DNA from: an uncultured Selenomonadaceae bacterium
GTDB lineage: Bacteria; Bacillota; Negativicutes; Selenomonadales; Selenomonadaceae
Reading direction: 5' to 3'
NCBI GenBank assembly: GCA_905235425.1
Contig: CAJOKY010000001.1
Span: 1 to 37,204, forward strand
Length of the DNA: 37,204 bases
Under the pieces are notes generated by a model. The model was not told where the DNA came from and made no database searches. It worked only from the letters and a program-made list of their open reading frames with translations. This document shows positions 1 to 8,874 of the stretch, in pieces (within the stretch, counting starts at the first letter, position 1; each line of letters opens with the position of its first letter). The position numbers were made by a program, and so were the translations under genes.

Positions 1-24
1 GACTGTCCCAAATTTTGTTTTAAC

Positions 25-1185
25 TTAGAAAATCAAGGCCTTGTAAATACTGAATTTCGGATTCAATTTACACAAAAAATCTGATGCTCCTACATCAGCA
101 TCCCTTACTTGTTTAACACGTGGTGTAGACGTCGAACGATGCTTGCGCGTCATGTGTTTCACGTCGCGTATTGTTTCAAATTTCTCGACGTTTATAATTT
201 TTGCATGCTCTTCACTCGGCGGCAAGTGTGAAATTTTTTTGCTAATGACGCCTTTTTCGGCAAGCCTGCGTTCAAATTCGCTGAAGTCGTCGCAAAAATT
301 TTCCATATGCTCCACCAAAGTTTTACTCTCGGCAGGATCGGGCGGTCTGTCGTTATCGTCGAGCCCGACCAATTCCATTGTAATGCTGCCGTCAGATTTA
401 AAAGTTGCGTTGACCGCCGTGCCGTCCGCGTAAGAAAAAAGTTCCTGCCGAAAATGACTACCGCTTTTCTTCGTAACTTCACGGGTTCCGATAACGTCGT
501 AGCCCATATCGCGCATGACTTCATCAAGGCATTTGTCAATGTACTCCCGTTCATCGTCCTGCGCAATTTTTTCACGCAAGCGCAAAATCTCCGACTCAAT
601 CTGCGCGACTGAACTTTCCTCCACCGAAAAATTTTTCACGGACTCTTTCGCCATGCCACAGAGAATTTCATAATCCATAAGCAACGGAGAAATTTTTTCG
701 TACAGATTAAAAAATTTTTCGCACTCCTTAAACAACGGTTTAACGGAGACTTCAATCAAAATTTTGTCGCCGCAATTTTCCTTAGCCGCAGTCAATCTCT
801 CCCGCAAAGTCACGGGCAAACGCAAATCCGTCAACAAAAAATTTACGCGCTCAAAAAATTTTTGTCCATCAAAATTTTCCGTTGACGGTTCAACAGAAAT
901 ATTTTTTTTCGACTGAAAACCTTTAAAGTTTGCGGAAAATTCGTCTTGGATGTTATCTGACTCCCTAATACGTGATTGCCTTGCTTCCTCCTCGCGACGC
1001 TTGCGCTTTTCTTCCTCATGGCGGCGGCGTTCTTCTTCGCGACGTTTACGCTCAGCATCTTCACGGTGACGGCGTTCTTCTTCACGACGCTTGCGCTCAG
1101 CCTCTTCACGGCGTCGACGTTCCTCTTCAAGCCTGCGCCTTTGTACATCACTTACGCTGTAACTTGAACACTTAGGACCCGACAT
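25..1185 (-). CDS. Hypothetical protein: N-terminal Arg/Glu-rich charged repeat (likely single alpha-helix or coiled coil) plus uncharacterised C-terminal region
   Basis: 386-aa ORF with ATG at 1185, 6 nt after the kinase stop (1192) on the same strand. Residues ~15-70 read EEERRRREEAERKRREEERRHREDAERKRREEERRRHEEEKRKRREEE. No catalytic motif recognised. RBS is weak. Confidence 0.6.
   Translation of the reverse strand: MSGPKCSSYSVSDVQRRRLEEERRRREEAERKRREEERRHREDAERKRREEERRRHEEEKRKRREEEARQSRIRESDNIQDEFSANFKGFQSKKNISVEPSTENFDGQKFFERVNFLLTDLRLPVTLRERLTAAKENCGDKILIEVSVKPLFKECEKFFNLYEKISPLLMDYEILCGMAKESVKNFSVEESSVAQIESEILRLREKIAQDDEREYIDKCLDEVMRDMGYDVIGTREVTKKSGSHFRQELFSYADGTAVNATFKSDGSITMELVGLDDNDRPPDPAESKTLVEHMENFCDDFSEFERRLAEKGVISKKISHLPPSEEHAKIINVEKFETIRDVKHMTRKHRSTSTPRVKQVRDADVGASDFLCKLNPKFSIYKALIF
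978..1135 (-). repeat. About 3.5 copies of a 45-nt (15-codon) imperfect tandem repeat encoding the R/E-rich tract
   Basis: The unit cggcgttcttcttcgcgacgtttacgctcagcatcttcacggtga (from 1025) recurs at 1070, with degenerate copies from ~980 and ~1115. It is in frame with the 25..1185 ORF and locally much more GC-rich than its surroundings. Confidence 0.75.
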
Positions 1186-1191
1186 AAATTT

Positions 1192-2826
1192 TCAACTCGC
1201 TTTCAAAAATTTTTTCCAGCTTTCCAGATTACTGCGATTCCCCAACGCGATTAACCACGCCTCAAATTCTTCAGTCAACTTGTAATTTTTATCCATCAGC
1301 TTTAAACAAAACGCATGAAAATTTTCTGCGGACACGCTAAGCAACTGATTTATATATTCGACAAGTTCATCAGCAGACGAAAACGTTTTACCATCAACCT
1401 GCAATTCCGCGCCACCAATTAAATAATAAGCGAAGCGATAATATTTCAGGCAATCGTCTTTCCTGTCCGCGTTGGTATTCTCAAGCGACTTTACCGCATC
1501 GACAAAATTTTTTTCTTGCGAATGAATTTCCAAGTAGCGCGAAACTAACTTGTTAGCTAAAACGTCGTCCCAAAATTCTTGGTTACTCATATCTGCGCGA
1601 CGCAAGCTTGACAAAATTTCTTGACCAAATTCTTTAAGCGACTGATAAAATTTTCCCTTCCAAAAAAATTCTTCCATGCTCGGCGAAAGTTTGTATATCA
1701 GATTGAAAAAAGTTTTGCCGGAATTTTTATTCTTGTTACGTTCAAATTCAGCGTCAATGCAATTTCGCGCAATTTCTGTATCGTGCGCGCTGAAAAATCT
1801 TGAAAGAATTTGATGTTCAAAATCATATTTGCCCTTGCTCCAATTTTCAGCCAACGCCAACGCTAAACTATCTATGTCGTCGTAATTTTTTCCATTGAAT
1901 TTATAAACCGCGCCGCCCCAATTATTGTACGCCGTCTGTCCGGGAACAGATTGATTTTTTCCCGCGAGCCATTTTTCGACTTCGTCATAAGTCCAACGCC
2001 GATTAGGATTTTTAAGATTTTTTCGTTTACTGATGTCGCCATAAGTTAAAGCCGTTATTAAATCTCTCAACTCCACCGGCATATTGGCGGGGTAAGGCAA
2101 AGCGTTTATCGTTAAAGTCCGTTCTAATTCTTCGGGCGTTAAATTTGCGTAGGGAAGATGCCCGCAAAATAATTCGTATAAAGTGAGACCAAGTGAGTAG
2201 TAATCCGATTCTTTAAGGTACAAAAATTTTGGTGGAAAAGTTTCTGGGGCTGCGTAGCTAAAAGTTATTCCTGTGTTCGTCACTATTGCGGTTGCATTTC
2301 CAGATTTTAATGAGCTGATTCCAAAATCAATTAGCGCGACGCCTTTTCCATTTTCCAGTTGCATTATGTTGGCAGGCTTTAAATCTTTGTGAAAAATTCC
2401 AGTTTCGTGCAAAAGTTTTAGTGCAGTGTTCACGCAGGGAATGATGTTTCGTTTTAATTCCGCGAGAGAAAAAATTTTTCCTTGAAGACTTCCCAATTTG
2501 TAGTAAGGCAAAATTGTGACGGGGCGTCCTTCGTAAGTTCCTACGTCAAAAATTTTTGCGACGTACGGCGAATTAATTTTCTTTAAAGCTTCGATAACGT
2601 CAGCCTTCACTGCGTCAACGCGATTGTAAATTTTTGCGACGTACTCTGCGCCATTGTATTCGCAAACGTAAATGTCCGCCTCACCAGAAATAACGTCGAG
2701 ATGATTTTTTACAACGTACTTGGCGATTAATTTTGTTCCTTTCGGCAAGCTGAGCGACACCGTAGCGTGCGGATTAAGTTGGGTAGCCACCGCAAAGTTT
2801 GGATTCATAATCGTTTTGTTGCTCAC
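1192..2826 (-). CDS. Hanks-type Ser/Thr protein kinase with ~250-aa uncharacterised C-terminal domain
   Basis: Motifs: YVAKIY (VAIK-like Lys), HKDLKPANIM (catalytic loop), DFGIS (DFG), AAPE (APE). The longest ORF starts at TTG 2844. GTG at 2826 sits 8 nt after AAAGGAGAA and is the more likely start. Confidence 0.88.
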   Translation of the reverse strand: MSNKTIMNPNFAVATQLNPHATVSLSLPKGTKLIAKYVVKNHLDVISGEADIYVCEYNGAEYVAKIYNRVDAVKADVIEALKKINSPYVAKIFDVGTYEGRPVTILPYYKLGSLQGKIFSLAELKRNIIPCVNTALKLLHETGIFHKDLKPANIMQLENGKGVALIDFGISSLKSGNATAIVTNTGITFSYAAPETFPPKFLYLKESDYYSLGLTLYELFCGHLPYANLTPEELERTLTINALPYPANMPVELRDLITALTYGDISKRKNLKNPNRRWTYDEVEKWLAGKNQSVPGQTAYNNWGGAVYKFNGKNYDDIDSLALALAENWSKGKYDFEHQILSRFFSAHDTEIARNCIDAEFERNKNKNSGKTFFNLIYKLSPSMEEFFWKGKFYQSLKEFGQEILSSLRRADMSNQEFWDDVLANKLVSRYLEIHSQEKNFVDAVKSLENTNADRKDDCLKYYRFAYYLIGGAELQVDGKTFSSADELVEYINQLLSVSAENFHAFCLKLMDKNYKLTEEFEAWLIALGNRSNLESWKKFLKAS

Positions 2827-2876
2827 GCTGAATTCTCCTTTCAACTTTATTTCTCCGATTGATATTTTTCATACGC

Positions 2877-2905
2877 AATATATCAGGATTTTCAAACACT
2901 GTAAA
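2877..2905 (-). promoter_or_regulatory. Candidate sigma-70-type promoter for the kinase unit
   Basis: Minus strand reads TTTACA, 17 nt, TATATT, about 45 nt upstream of the kinase RBS. Confidence 0.4.
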
Positions 2906-2975
2906 CGATTTAACTAGCAGAGAAATGAATCAATATCTGCCATTGTTACAAACTTCTTTCTTCAAAAATTGGATT

Positions 2976-3008
2976 AAAAAAATCCCAATCTAAGCTAAGA
3001 TCAGGATT
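2976..3008 (-). terminator. Candidate Rho-independent terminator ending the Hsp70 operon
   Basis: Minus strand: AATCC-tg-ATCT-tagctt-AGAT-tg-GGATT followed by a T-run, 28 nt after the stop at 3036. The stem is imperfect. Confidence 0.35.
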
Positions 3009-3035
3009 GTAATTTTTTATTTGTTTAGCAAAATT

Positions 3036-4289
3036 TCATCTTCGGCTAGACCGTGAAGACTCCCACATCATTGCAAAAATGAATGCGACTAATAATAAAC
3101 TGATCTTGAAACTCCATTTTAAATACCAAGCAAAAATGGATCCGATCTTGATATAAAATCGCTCACTTCTCTCGCGTCTTCCTGTCAAATAAAATTTGTT
3201 AATCTGCCAGTACGGGCGAAAACTAACTTGAGCTAAACGAATACCACTGTAAAATAAAAGTACTCCTATTGTAATCATCATTCCAGTAGCAGGATTGGGA
3301 CCTGAAGAAAGAAACATTACACCCGGCATAAGATAAAATAACGATCCAACTAAAAGCACCGCCGTATCTCGAAGATTCGCTTTATTGTATTCTGTTTTTC
3401 CAAAATATTTTGCATTCTCCAAAACGAAAACTGTTGTATCGTCACGATAAATTTCAGCAGCTTTACTGCAAATAGCCAGACATTTTTCGTAAGCCTCTTG
3501 GCTGGCAATAAGCATTGAACCCGTTGAAGGGTCTTCAACATAGCAAGTATGTGAAAGTGTAATTAAATCGTAAGCACAAGCACGACGAAAATCTGAATCG
3601 TTAGGATTTTTTTGTAAATATTCGTCAATTAACTTAAACGCAAGCGCCTCATTACCCATATGTTCGTAAAGATAACATTGCTCCGCGATGGCAATAGGGT
3701 TGTTAGGAGAAATTTCAAACAGCCTATTGAGGTAACCTTGTGCACATTCGTAAGCGGCAACCTCAGTAGAATATCGAGCGCCAAAACAAAGCGATTGGAA
3801 ATCGTTAGGAAATTCTGTAAGTGCTTGCGTTATGGATATGAATGCTTGTTGCATATTATTTAATCCATAATTCGCCATAGCAAGATAGTGATATAAGCGG
3901 ACATCTTTTACATTTTCGCTCAGAGCTTCCTTACAATTTTTCACAACACCATTGTAATTTTTTATTTTTAACATTTCGTCAAGTTTGTCTAGAAAATCTC
4001 TTGCAGCTTTTTGTTCCTCTTCGCTTATTTTACCTTCCCTGTAAGCTTTGTCCAGTTCTCTATCGTACTTATCTCTGTTACTTTCAAAAGTTTTTATTGC
4101 CTCTGAAAATGCATTAAGGTCTTCTTCAATTTCAGCCTGTTGCTCACGGTCAAAGGGATTCATAGAAGCCTGATTCATACGTTGCCCCTGCATTGATCTA
4201 AGCTGTTTCAGAATTTCCTCCGTTTTAAGATTTCTATCGAGACGAAACTTTTGGTAATAGTCCACAATTCCAGTTACATTTTTACTCAT
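3036..4289 (-). CDS. Membrane-anchored TPR protein with degenerate J-like N-terminal domain (DjlB/DjlC-like architecture)
   Basis: ATG preceded by AGGAG. The N-terminus (VDYYQKFRLDRNLKTEEILKQLR...NPFD...FSEAIKTFESNRDKYDRELD) resembles J-domain helices I-IV, but HPD is replaced by NPFD. The middle has TPR-like repeats (YHYLAMANYGLNN, ALTEFPND, CYLYEHMGNEALA). The C-terminus has 2-3 hydrophobic helices. Confidence 0.6.
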   Translation of the reverse strand: MSKNVTGIVDYYQKFRLDRNLKTEEILKQLRSMQGQRMNQASMNPFDREQQAEIEEDLNAFSEAIKTFESNRDKYDRELDKAYREGKISEEEQKAARDFLDKLDEMLKIKNYNGVVKNCKEALSENVKDVRLYHYLAMANYGLNNMQQAFISITQALTEFPNDFQSLCFGARYSTEVAAYECAQGYLNRLFEISPNNPIAIAEQCYLYEHMGNEALAFKLIDEYLQKNPNDSDFRRACAYDLITLSHTCYVEDPSTGSMLIASQEAYEKCLAICSKAAEIYRDDTTVFVLENAKYFGKTEYNKANLRDTAVLLVGSLFYLMPGVMFLSSGPNPATGMMITIGVLLFYSGIRLAQVSFRPYWQINKFYLTGRRERSERFYIKIGSIFAWYLKWSFKISLLLVAFIFAMMWESSRSSRR

Positions 4290-4303
4290 CTGATAAACTC
4301 CTA

Positions 4304-5608
4304 TTATTCATCAAAAGTTCGAGTAAGTTTTGCTTCCAAACTATCAATCTTCCAGTTATCACCTGATTTTATCAAAATGCCGTTCCCTTGAAAAATCTGT
4401 ACTTTTATTTTTCCATTGATACGGTCTTTGGCTTGTAATGTATATGAAACGCGAACTATATTATCACTTTTTTCAATGACTTTCAAATCTGTCAACTTAT
4501 TTTCTATCATATCAGCATAGCCACTACGATAGCTTTCAAATTCTCCCATACGGTTTTGTTGTACACCTGTCATCATATCATAAGCTTTAGAAAACTCCCT
4601 TATATTTAATTGATCCCAGTATAACCTAAAAGTTTGGACAGCAACATCTTCTTTCTGAGCAGAGGTTACCTTCTCATCACTTAAAGTTCTAACGCTTATG
4701 TACTCTACAACGTTATTTTTTAATGCAAACCGCAATAAAGATTTTTTTTCATGTTCAGACACGAAAGGATATTCCAATAAGGTGTTTCCATTTATTTCAC
4801 TAAGTTCATAATCACGTCCATATGTTGAGATAACTTCTTGTTTGGTAGAATCTTGATGAAGTGCGCGTTTAGTGTCAACATTAGATGTTTTTGATACCAA
4901 TGCCTCAACTACGTTATTCTTTACGACAACTTCAACGTCCGGATAATCATATCGTAAAAATCCATCTTGATTGTCACGGATAGCACCTTCCTTTCCCAAT
5001 AAGGAGTGTACTTTATCTAGATTATCGCCTAAACATATCGCGCCAAGAGACAAATCTGAACTTACATTATGCATATCCGATTTTGAAGGTAACTTGTACG
5101 GTCGAACTTCAGGAATATTTTGAGAAGATGCATTGGGTTTTGGCTTTGTTCCCTGCGTTATAATTGGAGAGTACGGCACATTGCTGGAACCTATGTTTCT
5201 AAAATCGTAGCTGGTTACTATGAAAATTAGAAAAAAAACCAATGCTTTCACTAAAATATCTTTTCGTTTTATTAAGAATTCCTGCGGGTCTTTCATAAAG
5301 CTACTAAATAAACCTTCATCGTCAACATAAAGCTGGGGAGGAATTCTACGTGTAAACTTTTCGCTTGGAGCAGATGGTGGTATGATAGATACTTTTTTCT
5401 CGCTCGATTTTTTATCAGTATCGAACTGCCTAGCTTTTTTTCTTGTGACAGGAGGTTCTTTTTCAGCGTTTTTATTAGAATTAGAATCTTTTTCAGAATC
5501 TGTTCTAGCCGCAATCTTCATAATAGCTAAACTTCTTTTCGGTTTCCCACAGGTCTGACAAAAATTTCCGTTATTTATTTGTCCGCAAGAACAAATCCAT
5601 TCTTTCAT
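4304..5608 (-). CDS. Zinc-ribbon / single-pass membrane protein with ~300-aa extracytoplasmic region
   Basis: ATG preceded by GGAGGA. N-terminal CSCGQINNGNFCQTCGKP (CxC...CxxC) is followed by a K/S-rich linker and a TM helix (LVKALVFFLIFIVTSY). Function of the C-terminal region is unknown. Confidence 0.65.
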   Translation of the reverse strand: MKEWICSCGQINNGNFCQTCGKPKRSLAIMKIAARTDSEKDSNSNKNAEKEPPVTRKKARQFDTDKKSSEKKVSIIPPSAPSEKFTRRIPPQLYVDDEGLFSSFMKDPQEFLIKRKDILVKALVFFLIFIVTSYDFRNIGSSNVPYSPIITQGTKPKPNASSQNIPEVRPYKLPSKSDMHNVSSDLSLGAICLGDNLDKVHSLLGKEGAIRDNQDGFLRYDYPDVEVVVKNNVVEALVSKTSNVDTKRALHQDSTKQEVISTYGRDYELSEINGNTLLEYPFVSEHEKKSLLRFALKNNVVEYISVRTLSDEKVTSAQKEDVAVQTFRLYWDQLNIREFSKAYDMMTGVQQNRMGEFESYRSGYADMIENKLTDLKVIEKSDNIVRVSYTLQAKDRINGKIKVQIFQGNGILIKSGDNWKIDSLEAKLTRTFDE

Positions 5609-5631
5609 CTATGTCCTCCGTCTGAATGAAG

Positions 5632-7236
5632 CTAATCACCTATGTTAAGTCGATGAAGGCGTTTCTCCTCCGCTACCAACTCTTCTTCCGTCATGTTAAA
5701 TTTGTCGCGATTTATTTTGACCTCCCCCAGTGGAGTACCGTTACCATTATCAAAACTTTTATCAAAATCTACAGCATGAACATGGATAATGGCATCGCTA
5801 TCACATGTAACTATAACTCTAATTTTAACGAAGTATTTACGCGGACGCAATTTTAATTCGGCTTCGCCAAGAATCATTGTGTACTTCAAATCCTCAGATT
5901 CACCTTGAGTTACCTGTAAAAAAATGGCATCTTGATCTTCCGCTGCAGTTTGATAGTCGTCTCTAATTATTCGCTTTGGTATCGGCGTATTTTTTTCCAT
6001 TATAATGGAATTATAATAGCTACCATCATCTCTTACAGCCACGATACCTATGCCATGGCTCGTAACATCACGGAAGGTATAGTTCTTGTCAAGAACAGGT
6101 AAGCTTGCTTTGTCAATGGATAAAGTTTCTTCGGATTTAGATTCCACGCCAGAATCAAAAGTTCCTTCTGCTTTACGACGAGCTACATCAACTGCATGAA
6201 AAGCCGCCCCAATTGCCACTGCTTCATCAGGATGCACTTCAGCAGAAGGTTTGATTCCCGTAACTCGCTCAATCTCTGAACGTACTTTAGGGATACGCGT
6301 TGAACCGCCGACCAAAATCACTTTGTCTATGTCACTGTACTGTAAATTGGCTGCATCGATAGCATTCTGCATTATACTAAGAGTACGTCCGACAATTTCG
6401 TTTACAAAATGCTCTTCAAAATATTCGCGATCGAGATTGATAGAAAATTCTTCACCTTTTATATAAATAGTAATTGATGTTTCGTCTTCAAAAGAAAGTT
6501 CTTTTTTAGCCTTCTCTGCCTGCAACATAAGTGCTTGTAACGCTTTAAGATCGTTTTCAATATCAAAGCCCGCACTTTCAGCTTCTTCTTTAGCCCATTC
6601 TAAAATGCCAATATCTATGTTATATCCGCCCAATTTATGGTTGCCATCTGTTGCAATGACTGTTATCTGATCTTCGTCTATGTCTAAGATACTAACGTCG
6701 AAAGTACCGCCGCCAAAATCATACACCATTATTCTTTGATGATGTTTAAGATCTTTCATTATTCCAAAAGCTATGGCTGCAGCAGTAGGCTCATTAATTA
6801 TATCAAGAACGGGAATCCCCGCAAGTCTTGCAGCATCCTGAGTTGATTTTCTTTGAGGGTCACTGAAGTAAGCAGGAACCGTAATAACCGCTCCATCTAT
6901 CTTATCGCCTAATCTATATTCAGCATCCTGTTTCAGCTTAGAAAGTATGAGCGATGAAACACTTTCCGCATTAAAAGTATCTCCGTTTTGCGCTGTAAAT
7001 ATGTAATTTCTTTCTCCCATATGGCGTTTTACAAAAGATTCATAATTACCGGGATCAGAAACACTTTTTTCCCTAGCTCTCTCTCCAACAATGGGTTTCT
7101 TGCCTCCAAATAACACAGCTGATGGCGTTATTCGATTACCCTGACGATTTTCAATAATTTGAGGCTGTCCCTTTTCGTCTACATAAGCAATAGCTGAAAA
7201 GGTTGTGCCTAAATCAATTCCTACTACTTTTCCCAT
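5632..7236 (-). CDS. Hsp70-family ATPase, short HscC-like form lacking the helical lid
   Basis: VGIDLGTTFSAIAYV, AVITVPAYFSDPQRKSTQDAARLAGI, IINEPTAAAIAFG, VYDFGGGTFDVSIL, VILVGGSTRIPKV, HPDEAVAIGAA. At 534 aa, only a beta-sandwich-length C-terminal segment follows the NBD. Confidence 0.92.
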   Translation of the reverse strand: MGKVVGIDLGTTFSAIAYVDEKGQPQIIENRQGNRITPSAVLFGGKKPIVGERAREKSVSDPGNYESFVKRHMGERNYIFTAQNGDTFNAESVSSLILSKLKQDAEYRLGDKIDGAVITVPAYFSDPQRKSTQDAARLAGIPVLDIINEPTAAAIAFGIMKDLKHHQRIMVYDFGGGTFDVSILDIDEDQITVIATDGNHKLGGYNIDIGILEWAKEEAESAGFDIENDLKALQALMLQAEKAKKELSFEDETSITIYIKGEEFSINLDREYFEEHFVNEIVGRTLSIMQNAIDAANLQYSDIDKVILVGGSTRIPKVRSEIERVTGIKPSAEVHPDEAVAIGAAFHAVDVARRKAEGTFDSGVESKSEETLSIDKASLPVLDKNYTFRDVTSHGIGIVAVRDDGSYYNSIIMEKNTPIPKRIIRDDYQTAAEDQDAIFLQVTQGESEDLKYTMILGEAELKLRPRKYFVKIRVIVTCDSDAIIHVHAVDFDKSFDNGNGTPLGEVKINRDKFNMTEEELVAEEKRLHRLNIGD

Positions 7237-8830
7237 TCAAAACCACTCTCTTCATTTCAGAGAAAAACGCTCCTAAAAAACTATTTTTAAACACCTCAAC
7301 AGGAATTTCCTTTCTTAATGTATGACTTTCATTCTCTATAACAATGATAGTTCTACCTTTGCCAACACCATGCACAGTTTGTCCAACAACATTTGCTACG
7401 CGCATATCCATACTAGTCACTAAAAGTCGTCCGTCAATAGCATTTTCTGGCATTATGCGAATGTTTAAATCCCTTGAATCTCCACAGGCAATTCTTAAAG
7501 TATCCTCTTCTGGAATTATGGCAACCAACACAGGTCTCACTATACAGCGGAACGACGAACTGACATTTTCCACAACACAACGAATATCACAGCTACCGGC
7601 TTTATATGCTTGGAGAACAGCTTTTTCGACAGATGCGATTTGAGGATTGGTTGTAATCCAAGTAATGCTGTCAATGTTATCCGCATCTGAAGGCATAACG
7701 GAAAACCTAACTGCGTAGGTGCTTCCTTCAGCAAGCTCTATACTCTTATATTCAAACATAATTTTTTGAACACGATTTCTTTTGATTACCTTAAAAGAAA
7801 CTTCAGCACTCGGGTTTTTTTCACCTTTTCTATGAATGTACATGTTACAAGAACCTGAGCGCAGTCCTTCCACCAAAAGACCATTGCAACGAATAATGCC
7901 TTCCCGACTATAGGTAAAACATAAATCCTCAATATCGACGGGAAGCTCTTCAATATCGCTATCAAATTTGATCATCACACTTCGCCCTTGTTCAATGGTA
8001 TTACTTTCAGCAATAGGGATAATCTTATTCGTTGTACTTTGAATCTCTTCAAAAAATTCCTTATATCGATTTTTTATTTCTGGTGCAAAGGATGCAACAC
8101 ATTTTCGCAAAGTCTGAACCAATGGAACAAACAATAAACATTTGAAAATAGCTTCATCTAAAAAATTACGCCGAGTTTGATAGACAAATAACCTACCAAT
8201 CTTTTCGCGAAATACAATTTCTTGTGAAAATGAATCTGATATTTGTATCAAAAAACCTTCTTCATTAGAGAAAAGTTTTAATTTATCAGCCGAAAGTTGT
8301 CGCTTAGTTAAAATAAATATAGTTTCACGCGGCTTATTACTAACCTGAGAAAAATTTTTCATGGAAACTATTTGAGGTTGGAGTTTGCAGAAAGAATTTT
8401 TAACATCTAAGCTCATAATATCATTTTCTAAAGAAGAAAGCTCTTCAGACAAAACAAAAAGTGCATCTAAATTTTGAAAAGCATAGTCAGAAATTTGCTT
8501 GTCTCGAATAAGACTGTTAAGAAATCTAAGCCGTTTTGAGGTGGAAGTTGCACGAATCAAAGGCAAGGAAATATAGTTTGTACAAAGATCATGAGAGGAC
8601 GCTAAAACTTGCATAACATTCATTTCTTCATCAGAGGATGAAAATTCCAAAGAAAAACTTTCGCCATTGAAATGTTTACCGATGTCGTCAAGAATACAAT
8701 CGCACCATTCATAAAATGGCGAATTCATATGCTGATAAAGACTACTGTAAGGCGAAAGGCTTTTACCATCTATTAAAATACTCAACCGTTGCATATACGG
8801 ATTATTGACAAGTTTAACATTGTGCGGCAA
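7214..8830 (-). CDS. Protein with unknown N-terminal ~330 aa and two C-terminal Big_2-like Ig domains; no signal peptide
   Basis: TTG start 8 nt after GGAGGG. C-terminal segments such as ITWITTNPQIASVEKAVLQAYKAGSCDIRCVV and LLVTSMDMRVANVVGQTVHGVGKGRTIIVIE resemble Big_2 repeats. The 3' end overlaps the Hsp70 start by 23 nt. Confidence 0.6.
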   Translation of the reverse strand: MPHNVKLVNNPYMQRLSILIDGKSLSPYSSLYQHMNSPFYEWCDCILDDIGKHFNGESFSLEFSSSDEEMNVMQVLASSHDLCTNYISLPLIRATSTSKRLRFLNSLIRDKQISDYAFQNLDALFVLSEELSSLENDIMSLDVKNSFCKLQPQIVSMKNFSQVSNKPRETIFILTKRQLSADKLKLFSNEEGFLIQISDSFSQEIVFREKIGRLFVYQTRRNFLDEAIFKCLLFVPLVQTLRKCVASFAPEIKNRYKEFFEEIQSTTNKIIPIAESNTIEQGRSVMIKFDSDIEELPVDIEDLCFTYSREGIIRCNGLLVEGLRSGSCNMYIHRKGEKNPSAEVSFKVIKRNRVQKIMFEYKSIELAEGSTYAVRFSVMPSDADNIDSITWITTNPQIASVEKAVLQAYKAGSCDIRCVVENVSSSFRCIVRPVLVAIIPEEDTLRIACGDSRDLNIRIMPENAIDGRLLVTSMDMRVANVVGQTVHGVGKGRTIIVIENESHTLRKEIPVEVFKNSFLGAFFSEMKRVVLNGKSSRN

Positions 8831-8874
8831 AATTTATCCCTCCGTCCATATACAAAAAATAGGCTTGATGTCTT

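Noticed and set aside
978-1135. Tandem repeats considered as a CRISPR array or minisatellite
   Set aside because: The units are contiguous with no spacers, in frame, and encode a coherent R/E-rich tract within a long ORF. This is a coding repeat, not a CRISPR array.
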